Shown piece after piece: positions 9,109-17,463 of a stretch of DNA of 17,463 bases. The notes beneath the pieces are model-generated. The model was not told the DNA's origin and did not search any database. It was given only the letters and a program-made list of their open reading frames with translations. The position numbers and the translations under genes are program-made. This stretch comes from Octopus sinensis (Eukaryota): NCBI RefSeq assembly GCF_006345805.1, contig NW_021824861.1, forward strand, positions 1 to 17,463, written 5' to 3'. Every line of letters begins with the position of its first letter. Positions within the stretch are counted from its first letter, which is position 1.

Positions 9109-9524
9109 CTTATTTCTTTATTGCCCACAAGAGGCTATATACAGAGAGGACAAAAACAAGGACAGGCAAAGGGATTAAGTCGATTACATCGACCCCAGTG
9201 CATTACTGGTACTTAATTTATAGACCCCAAAAGGATGAAAGGCAAAATCGACCTCGGCGGAATTTGAACTCAGAACGTAGCGGCAGACGAAATACCTATT
9301 TCTTTACTACCCACAAGGGGCTAAACACATAGGAGACAAACAAGGACAGACAGACGGATTAAGTCGATTATATCGACCCAAGTGCGTTACTAACACTTAA
9401 TTTATCGACCCCGAAAGGATGAAAGACAAAGTCGATCTCGGCGAAATTTGAACTCAGAACGTAACAGCAAACGAAATACGGCTACGCATTTCGCCCGGCG
9501 TGCTAACGTTTCTGCCAGCTCGCC
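9109..9524 (-). mobile_element. SINE family 1 with tandemly duplicated body+tail
   Basis: One head (~9480-9524) followed by two ~185-bp body/tail units; junction near 9295. Confidence 0.92.
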
Positions 9525-9943
9525 ATTAGATATTCCTAAATATACGTCCGTATGTGTGTATGAAACATATTTATTTATGGATGGCTGAATGTATATGTAT
9601 ATATATGTAAACATGTATTATATCTGCCTGTTTGCATATATATATTTAGCCACATATATATTTATATCTATTAACTATCTATATCTCAGAATGAGGTATT
9701 CGTAAGAGATTTACCCAAGGAGCATATGCAAAAGGAGTCTTATTTTGAATCTTTTCAGCACTTCTAAGAGTCTTTTATTCGGTGAATCTCTGGATTTCAT
9801 CTATGAACTATATACCTTTAGCTCGGCCCAGCGCTACATATACATGACACGCATGGATAAGAAATTCTTGGGCACGTCAACAAAGAATATCGCAAACCTA
9901 CTTAGGGATCTCTAACATATTTTATGTCTAATTTGTTTTTCCG

Positions 9944-9995
9944 CATCCATCCATCCATCCATCCATCCATCCATCCATCCATCCATCATCCATCC

Positions 9996-10066
<71 letters not shown>

Positions 10067-10069
10067 AAC

Positions 10070-10117
<48 letters not shown>

Positions 10118-10164
10118 TTTTACTTGTTTCAGTCATTTTGACTGTATATATATATATATATATA
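9944..10164. repeat. (CCAT)n-(CTAT)n-(TA)n microsatellites with a short SINE2 tail stub (10117-10144)
   Basis: Direct reading; the stub ttttacttgtttcagtcattttgactg matches 10788-10813. Confidence 0.9.
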
Positions 10165-10648
10165 GGTTATGAGAGGTAATGGTGTCATTGAAACCCAAAG
10201 GTGTCAGGTAATGCTGAATAAGTGCTATAGATGGACTGTAGTTAGGTTCCAGGTTCGGTGATTATGCGAATAAGGGGTTCAACGTTGGTCATATGTCAGC
10301 GTGTGTATATAAAAATTTTATTTCATAATGAGATAAAAAAAAAACCCAAAGCTGTGTAGGTTTTAGAACATTTATAGATAGAAGGTTTTACAACTGTTTC
10401 CAGGATATTTATTATATCCCTTCATCGGAGACGGTGTGAGAAAATGGTTAAGAAATAGTTAATTTAGATAAGATATAAAATAGAGAGTGAGGTGGAGGAA
10501 ATAAAAGAAAATAGATGTGAGATATGTAGGGATATTGCATTTGTAGATCTATTTTTTTAGCCAGAATGGTATATATATAATATTCCAATACCTTATGAGT
10601 AAAATCCAATAGAATTTAAAATTGGTCATTCCAAGTATAGAGTTTATA
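10165..10648 (-). mobile_element. Microsatellite-flanked element carrying a hammerhead-like motif (Penelope-like terminal repeat candidate)
   Basis: Non-coding island between dinucleotide arrays; contains the motif at 10385-10432. Confidence 0.55.
10385..10432 (-). ncRNA. Minimal type I hammerhead ribozyme-like motif, CCGA-core variant
   Basis: Minus strand GTCT-CCGATGA-A-GGGATAT-aataa-ATATCCT-G-GAAA-CAGTTG-TA-AAAC: 7-bp stem II, near-palindromic stem III, GUA cleavage triplet, 3/4-bp stem I. Confidence 0.65.
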
Positions 10649-10665
10649 CACGCACACACACACAT

Positions 10666-10755
<90 letters not shown>
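10649..10755. repeat. (CA)n/(TA)n microsatellite
   Basis: Direct reading. Confidence 0.97.
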
Positions 10756-10758
<3 letters not shown>

Positions 10759-10777
10759 TGAAAAAATATACATATAT

Positions 10778-10990
10778 TCTTTTATTCTTCTACATGTTTC
10801 AGTCATTTGACTGCGGCCATGCTGGACCACCGGCTTGAAAGGTTTTAGTCGGACAAATCGACCCCTGGACTTATTCTTTGTAAGTCTGGTGCTTATTCTA
10901 TCGGTATCTTTTTTTCCGAACCGCTTTGTTATGGGCACGTAAACACATCAACCTTGGTTGTTAAGCGATGGTGGGAGGACAAACACAGAC
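10778..10990 (-). mobile_element. SINE family 2 3' module
   Basis: gtttcagtcatttgactgcggccatgctgga...aatcgaccc..ggtgcttattctatcgg..ccgaaccgct..gtaaacac. Homologous to 8840-8915 and, inverted, to 12427-12528. Confidence 0.8.
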
Positions 10991-11174
<184 letters not shown>

Positions 11175-11539
11175 ATCGCTAATTAATAGATATAGATATG
11201 TATGAGGACAAATAGACAGATATACACAAATACATATACAATGATCCATCCCTATAGATATGTTTTTGTTGGTAGAACCCATTCATTCCAATAATGAATT
11301 CCTGAGGAAAAGCCTAATTTTTGATTTCAAAAGGATTACATTTGGTTTTGTTTTGAATTAATTAGGCTTAGAAACAACTTGTTGAGTTCCTATTGGATAT
11401 ATATACCAACTTGGAATAAAGTAACATCTACACTTCTATTTTTCCTTTCCTTATTTACTTTATATATTGTACAATATTAAATATATAGATTTTTATATAT
11501 TCTTTGCTTTGGATTGAACCGGCGAACTTGGAAGTTTAA

Positions 11540-12008
11540 CACCCTTTTGAAGGATTACTCTCTCCAACGCTGCCGGGAGCGCTACATCATTTGTGTTATG
11601 TGGAAAATATTCTATCAATATTGCACAAATGATGTTGGCATCAATTTTAAATTTCATCCAAAACTTGGCCCCCATGCTATCCACCCACTACAAAAATCGA
11701 ACTCGGTACACATAGCAACATTACGTCAAAATTACTTCTCCTCAACCGGTCCAGCTCTCTTTAATACCATACCAAAATACGTCAAAATGGAAAAAGGATC
11801 CCATAAAATTCATATGTTCACTGGCCAAAATCTTCAAAAAATCCCGGGCCAACCTTCTACACCCGGATATGTCTCCAACAATAACAACTCTTTGCTAGTG
11901 TAGGGTATAGTGCTCCATATGTGACTAAAAGACTTCACCAGGTGATGGTATTGAGATAGACATGGCCTGGACCTATACTGGCCGAAACCTATCAGAGTCA
12001 TCAAAGTT
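11540..12008 (+). pseudogene. CR1/L2-group LINE ORF2 C-terminus and 3' UTR (5'-truncated)
   Basis: ORF 11514-11903 contains YSLQRCRERYIICVMWKI...GPALFNTIPK...IPGQPSTPGY...NSLL, the post-RT signature YSLQRRRERYxIIxxWKI / GPxLFNxLP / IPDQPxxPGY. No RT core present. Confidence 0.8.
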
Positions 12009-12059
12009 ATATATATATATATATATAATATATATATATATACATATACATATATATAT

Positions 12060-12268
12060 GTGACCACGCGTGTGTACCGTTGGCGATTTTTTTTTTCGTC
12101 TGTCTTCCCTTCTCGGGATCTTTCCTTCTCCTATGTTTCCGACGAAGAGCTCCGCTCGAAACGTTATACCCTCCTTCTTTCCTTCTTTCCTGAGCGTCCA
12201 ATAATACTATATTTGTTCCACGTCCTCGCGTTGTTGTTGTTTTTTGTGCTTTCATTTTAGATTAACTT
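12060..12268 (+). mobile_element. (TA)n-flanked element carrying a hammerhead-like motif (Penelope-like terminal repeat candidate)
   Basis: ~210-bp pyrimidine-rich island between TA arrays; contains the motif at 12135-12169. Confidence 0.6.
12135..12169 (+). ncRNA. Minimal type I hammerhead ribozyme-like motif, CCGA-core variant
   Basis: GTTT-CCGACGA-A-GAGC-tcc-GCTC-GAAA-CGTT-ATAC: perfect 4-bp stem II, loopless palindromic stem III (AACGTT), 3/4-bp stem I. Confidence 0.7.
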
Positions 12269-12315
12269 TATATATATATACACAATACAATATATATATA
12301 CATAGATACAAACAA

Positions 12316-12359
<44 letters not shown>

Positions 12360-12426
12360 GTTTATATATGCATCTATATACATACACACACACACACACG
12401 TATATATATTATGAAATTCTTTTAAA

Positions 12427-12528
12427 AAAGTAAGTACTGGGTTCGATTCGATCGACTAAAAAATTCTTCATGGTAGCGTTCCAGCATGGCCGCAGTCTAA
12501 TAACTAAAACAAGTAAAAAGATAAAAGA
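12427..12528 (+). mobile_element. SINE family 2 3' tail fragment
   Basis: aagtactgggttcgat..tcgactaaaa..ttccagcatggccgcagtc..aaacaagtaaaa; reverse complement of 10778-10870. Confidence 0.75.
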
Positions 12529-12837
12529 TATATATATATATATACATATATCGATCCATATATATTTGTATGTGTTTGTGTAAATGTGTATGTGTATATA
12601 TGTATATAAAACACAAGAGCTGCTTGTATCACTCCTACGAGTTCGTCACGATGACCTCAGAGGAATGAAACAACACCTCCATAACAATCAACTATTATTT
12701 TAAACAAATATTTCTATATAAATAATCCCGCCTTTTATTCGTTGATATTTTATAATTTTTTAAAATTCGGTTTGGAGTTATACGAGCCATTCATAAGCTA
12801 ATCAAAGCGCGCACCTGTAGACTAATATATAAAAATA

Positions 12838-12906
12838 GTACACACACACATACATATACATTGTATAATATATAGATATATACATACCTATATATATATA
12901 TATATA

Positions 12907-12951
<45 letters not shown>

Positions 12952-12952
12952 C

Positions 12953-13000
<48 letters not shown>

Positions 13001-13202
13001 CAATATATTATATACATATATATATATACATATATATATATACATACATATATATATACACACACACACACACATATATATATTATATATATATATATAT
13101 ATATAATTACATCATATATATACATATATACATATATATATATACATATATACATATATACATATATATACACATATATACATATATACTATATGCATAT
13201 GT

Positions 13203-13235
<33 letters not shown>

Positions 13236-13244
13236 ATGTATATA

Positions 13245-13277
<33 letters not shown>

Positions 13278-13295
13278 ATGCATATAATAAATATA
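12838..13295. repeat. Long degenerate (TA)n/(TACA) array
   Basis: Direct reading. Confidence 0.97.
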
Positions 13296-13296
13296 C

Positions 13297-13331
13297 AGGC
13301 GCAGGAGTGGCTGTGTGGTAAGTAGCTTGCC
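13297..13331 (+). mobile_element. SINE family 2 head stub
   Basis: aggcgcaggagtggctgtgtggtaagtagcttgcc (A-box tggctgtgtgg). Confidence 0.7.
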
Positions 13332-13337
13332 AGAAGG

Positions 13338-13870
13338 TACCACACAGAGAGACTGAACCCGGAACCATGTGGCTGGGAAGAAAGCTTCTTATTTCTTTAT
13401 TGCCCACATGGGGCTAAACATTGAGGGGACAAACAAGGACAGACAAAGCGATTAAGTGGATTACCTCGACCCTTGTGCGTAACTGGTACTAAATTTATTG
13501 ACCCCGAAAGGATGAAAAGTAAAGTCGACCTCGGAATTTGAACTCAGAACATAACGGCAGATGAAATGCCGCTAAGCATTTCGCCGGCGTGCTAACGTTT
13601 CTGCCAACTTGCCGCCTTAAGGTTTCTTATTTCTTTACTGCCTATAATGGGCTAAACACAGAGGGGAGAAACAAGGACAGACAAACAGATTAAGTCGATA
13701 TATATCGACCCCAGTACGTAACTGGTACTTAATTTATTAAAGTCGACCTCGGTGGAATTTGAACTCAGAACATAAAGACAGACGAAATACTGCTAAGTAT
13801 TTCGCCTGGCGTGCTAACGTTTCTGCCAGTTCACCGGGAAGAAATCCTCTTACTACACAACCACACCTAT
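13338..13870 (-). mobile_element. SINE family 2 head interrupted by a head-to-tail dimer of SINE family 1
   Basis: SINE2 halves at 13338-13391 and 13836-13870; SINE1 copies at ~13392-13620 and ~13626-13835. 17-bp TSD gggaagaaa(gct/tcc)tctta at 13375-13391 and 13836-13852 (2 mismatches). Confidence 0.88.
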
Positions 13871-13960
13871 ACACACACACAGACACACACACACACACAC
13901 ACACACAGACACACACACACACAGAAACACACACACACATACACACACACACACCACACA

Positions 13961-14012
<52 letters not shown>
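13871..14012. repeat. (CA)n-(TA)n microsatellites
   Basis: Direct reading. Confidence 0.97.
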
Positions 14013-14017
<5 letters not shown>

Positions 14018-14087
14018 ATAATATATGTATACATATATAGACACATATGTACATACATACGTATATATGTATATAGCTATGCATATA

Positions 14088-14560
14088 TGGGTACGTAAAC
14101 AAACATGAAATACGAAAATAACGTTGGGTACGCAAAAAAAATGAGAAAAACGAAAGGAAAACAAAATAAGTATCATAGAAAAACAACCCTTCATCAGTTG
14201 TTGGCTGTCCTTCTAATCTTTATTTCGAGTATTCAAACAACAAGATAAGACTTTGAAGGCAGTTGCCCCCGCGAACCGAAATAAAAAAAAAATTGGGGAT
14301 TTGTGGAGTGTCAAAGTTGGTAACACAAACAAAACATACAACAAACCAAGCGAAACGAATACAAACAAGGAGGGACGTTAGGCACAGACGAGGTAAAAAT
14401 GGCGAACGCTTGAAGAAAATTCTTTAATAAGAGAAAAGAAACGAGATAGGTACAAATGCGTCCGAACTGCGCAAGGGATTAAGAAGATCACGCGAGGACA
14501 GGAAGGATGGACGATGGTCACGTGTGAGCAACGAGAGAGAATAAAGGAGGAAGAGGGACA
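14088..14560 (-). mobile_element. T-rich island with CGAAA-N25-CTGATGAA motif
   Basis: Motif at 14227-14190 on the minus strand; left end abuts TA-rich repeats; right boundary uncertain. Confidence 0.4.
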
Positions 14561-14689
14561 GAGAGGGACAGACAGATAGAAAATGGTGAGGAGGGAGTAA
14601 TAAAAAGGAAACGAAAGGGAGAGAGACAAAGAGAGGGGGAAGACACTTAGTGGCCATAGTGGAAGACACTTACCCAAAGGGCCACACGA

Positions 14690-14844
14690 AATATTTTAAC
14701 AATTTTTTTTATAGAATTCCTAATAATATTTCATATAAAGATTTTAAATGATTTTTTAAACATCGAATGGCTATGAGAGTCCAGTAGAGTTAAACAAGAA
14801 CCAAAGGGGTCCACAGTAAAAAAAAAGGGGGTTTAGAACCACTG
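14690..14844. mobile_element. hAT-type (Charlie-like) DNA transposon/MITE end
   Basis: Ends ggggtccac...aaaaagggggtttagaaccactg; its reverse complement CAGTGGTTCTAAAC is a typical hAT terminus. Opposite end not found. Confidence 0.55.
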
Positions 14845-15189
14845 ATTTAAATAGAAAGGTTATATTGAAGTGGATGGGTGGGGGGAACTAACCGCCAGTA
14901 AATTTTATCATAGGTGGAAGAGATGGGTGAAACTGGTGTAACCAATTGAGTCAATATTCCTGGAGGAAAGAACTTGGAGAAGGTATTCGAGTTTAGGCTA
15001 TCAAATAATCTGGGATTCTTGTGGGGTGGGCTCGAATCACTCTCTATGGTTGCCTTCCTTCCATTTGGGGATCTCTTTAATGTTGTTCTGTTTTGTTTAT
15101 TGTTACTATTGTCTACATTTGTCTATTTAATAATTGTTGTTATCATGTTATTGTTGTTGCTGCTGCTGCTGCTGCTGTTGTTGTTGTTG

Positions 15190-15306
15190 TTGCGTTATTT
15201 CATAAACAATCAACAGGTTAGACTGTTCCTAACATCGAGCTGCAAAAAGTAACCTTGGGTGCCAAGAACCTTCTTAAGTATCCTAGCTGTTCCGAATAAC
15301 ACTGTA
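15190..15306 (-). pseudogene. Dong/R4-clade non-LTR retrotransposon extreme 3' end
   Basis: Minus strand TVLFGTARILKKVLG matches the LLGTARILRKVL C-terminus of R4/Dong ORFs; short 3' UTR, then an (AAC/AGC)n tail. Confidence 0.75.
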
Positions 15307-15318
15307 CCAAACTGGGTT

Positions 15319-15423
15319 CATCATCATCATCATCATCATCATCACCACCACCACCACCACCACCGCCGCCGCCGCCGTCACCACCACCACGACCACTACC
15401 ATCATCATCATCATCATCATCAT
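15319..15423. repeat. (CAT)n/(CAC)n/(CGC)n microsatellite
   Basis: Direct reading. Confidence 0.95.
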
Positions 15424-15431
15424 AGCGAACT

Positions 15432-15922
15432 GAGACACAAATATACCAAGCCCAGTATACCCATCATAAGTGTACACCAGGCACATGCATCACAACCATA
15501 TGTGCGCGACATGGTGATTTCACATCAAGATAAACATCGCATGACATTGCAGGTGGGGCCCAGTTAGAATTTCCTCCTGATCGAGTAGCCCATCCCGCTC
15601 AATAGGTCCTTGAATAAAATTTGTTTAAGGATGTTGAACGAAACACCCATGTTTCCAGACGTGAATTATTCAACTCCCAAAGAATTCCTCTCAACACATG
15701 GCTACGATGCTCCCCCACTACTTCTGCTCGTGATCAGAGATGCATATATCGTCAGCCACCAAGAGACATGCTCAACTGGTTACGGTCAAACAACTGACAA
15801 GCAAATCTGTGGTATTGAGCAGAATATTTGCTGTAGCCCATCTTTTATACCAAGACAAAACATGTACATGATAATCAGTTAAGATCAGATGCCATAGAAG
15901 CCATTGCTTGGTATTGCATCAG
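15432..15922 (-). mobile_element. Family X copy 4
   Basis: Collinear with copy 3, with small deletions; ends gtattgcatcag. Confidence 0.88.
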
Positions 15923-15930
15923 ACCAGTGA

Positions 15931-16140
15931 AAGCGGCCAGCTGGCAGAATCGTTAGCACACCGGGCGAAATGCTTAGCAGTATTTCGTCTGCCGTTACGT
16001 TCAGAGTTCAAATTCCACCGAGCTCGACTTTGCCTTTTATCATTTCGGGGTCGATAAAATAAGTAGCAGTTGAACTAGGGTCGATTACATCGACTCATCC
16101 ACTCCTAAAAAATGCTGTCCTTGTGTCGAAATTTGAAACC
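15931..16140 (+). mobile_element. SINE family 1 with alternative tail B
   Basis: Head and core as 1201-1360, but the tail is ctcctaaaaaatgctgtccttgtgtcgaaatttgaaacc followed by attatt. Confidence 0.88.
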
Positions 16141-16158
16141 ATTATTAATGTTGTTGTT

Positions 16159-16657
16159 GAGTGAGAGAGAAGTGCATGCCATCAAAGTGACACTGGGGTA
16201 AAATATACCAAGCCCAGTATACCCATCATGACTACCCATCTGATAAGGGTACATCAGGCACATGCGTCACAACCATGAGTGAGCGACATGGTGAATTCAT
16301 ATCATGATAAACAGCGCATGACCTTGAAGGTGGGTCTCAGTTAGAATTTTCTTCTTGTCGAGTAGCCCATCCCGCTCAAAAGGTCCATGAATAATGATTG
16401 TTTAAAGATGTTGAACGAACCACCCATGTTTCCAAAGGTGAATTATCCAAACCTCTAAGAATTCCTTTCAACACACGGCTATGATGCTCCCCCCCACTAC
16501 TTCTGCTCATGATCAGAAATGCACATATCGTCAGCCACTAAGGGACATGCTCAACTGGTTATGGTCAAACAACTGACAAACAAATCTGTGGTATTGAGTA
16601 GAATATTTACTGTAGCCCATCTTTTATACCAAGACAAAACAACGTACATGATAACAC

Positions 16658-16659
<2 letters not shown>
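16159..16659 (-). mobile_element. Family X copy 5
   Basis: gagtgagagagaagtgcatgccatcaaagtg...gtacatgataacactt; lies between (TTG)n and (TTA)n. Confidence 0.9.
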
Positions 16660-16693
<34 letters not shown>

Positions 16694-16713
16694 TACTATC
16701 ACTATTATTATTA

Positions 16714-16756
<43 letters not shown>

Positions 16757-16765
16757 TCTACTACC

Positions 16766-16846
<81 letters not shown>

Positions 16847-16866
16847 ATTATTATTATTATTATTAT
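16660..16866. repeat. (TTA)n/(CTA)n microsatellite
   Basis: Direct reading. Confidence 0.97.
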
Positions 16867-16874
16867 ATCGCGTT

Positions 16875-17124
16875 GATTTTTTACTTTTTTTCCCAATATC
16901 TATTTCAGAATTGCTAGAAAGACAGAAACTGGAAAAGAAAACCAGAATTAAAAAGGATTACAACGACAACAACAATAATAAAAATATTAACGGAGCAATA
17001 GAGAGAGAAAGAGAAAAAAGAGATAGAGGGAGAGAGAGAGGTGGGTGAGAGAAGAACGAGGGGAGGAGGAGAAGGAGGAGGGGAAGTGAAAAGAAAAAAA
17101 CAAAGAAGGAAAGAAAGGAGGAAC
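16875..17124 (+). promoter_or_regulatory. 3' splice acceptor (AG 16907-16908) and purine-rich putative 5' UTR
   Basis: ttttttactttttttcccaatatctatttcag|aa: polypyrimidine tract plus TTTCAG. No ATG before 17125; in-frame stops at 16915 and 16999. Confidence 0.65.
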
Positions 17125-17463
17125 ATGCCTCTTCTTGAAGCTCCAAAAGCAGATGTGTTTCTGGGTGTGGTCGCCTCCAGTGCTGGCGTCGGTTTAGACA
17201 ACACACTCTACCACGCTCGATTCACAGCCGAACTTTCTGGTTTAATGGACGCCGCTGCCGTTGCTGCCACAGCCGCCGCCACCGCCGCAGCCTCAGCCGC
17301 CGCACCATCGTCGTCGTCGTCGTCGTCATCATCATCGTCAGCAGCAGCATCAGCAACAGCGGCATCATTGGCATCTTCAGCGGTATCCTTATCGTCTTCG
17401 TTGTCGTCGTCGTCGTCGTCGTCGTCATCGTCATCGTCGTCGTCGTCGTCATCGCCGTTGTCA
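17125..17463 (+). CDS. Probable first coding exon (3'-partial) of an unidentified protein with poly-Ala/poly-Ser N-terminal region, possibly a regulatory protein
   Basis: aacATG (A at -3), open for 113 codons to the window end: MPLLEAPKADVFLGVVASSAGVGLDNTLYHARFTAELSGLMDAAAVAATAAATAAASAAAP(S)11AAASATAASLASSAVSLSSSL(S)17PLS. GC content and complexity rise at the ATG; Ala/Ser runs use mixed synonymous codons. Confidence 0.68.
   Translation, partial: MPLLEAPKADVFLGVVASSAGVGLDNTLYHARFTAELSGLMDAAAVAATAAATAAASAAAPSSSSSSSSSSSAAASATAASLASSAVSLSSSLSSSSSSSSSSSSSSSSSPLS

Noticed and set aside
11280-11440. Possible LINE ORF C-terminus on the minus strand
   Set aside because: Only vague resemblance, with stops; insufficient support.
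15259-15567. Poly-His protein
   Set aside because: Chimera of antisense Dong end, CAT/CAC microsatellite and family X.
16911-17048. 45-codon open frame after the acceptor (LLERQKLEKK...RERGG*)
   Set aside because: Purine-rich low-complexity sequence lacks stops by composition; better explained as 5' UTR, though not excluded.

Overview
AT-rich, microsatellite-saturated eukaryotic DNA. The SINE types and repeat density resemble a coleoid cephalopod (Octopus-like); that assignment is from recognition, not a search. Almost all ORFs in the supplied track are microsatellite artefacts. The window is mostly a mosaic of mobile elements: two tRNA-derived SINE families (three insertions with 14-18 bp target-site duplications), five same-orientation copies of an unclassified ~560-bp element associated with (TTA/TTG)n tracts, and RTE, Dong/R4-like and CR1/L2-like LINE ends. 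There is also a Helitron helicase relic, several MITE-like inverted-repeat elements, and small (TA)n-flanked islands. Two islands carry minimal hammerhead-ribozyme-like folds with a CCGA (U4C) core; three others share a CGAAA-N24/25-CTGWTGAR motif. The only credible host gene is missing from the ORF track: a + strand exon (acceptor AG at 16907-16908, ATG at 17125) encoding MPLLEAPKADVFLG... plus poly-Ala/poly-Ser, running off the window end. A possible upstream non-coding exon/promoter lies near 6440-6724.
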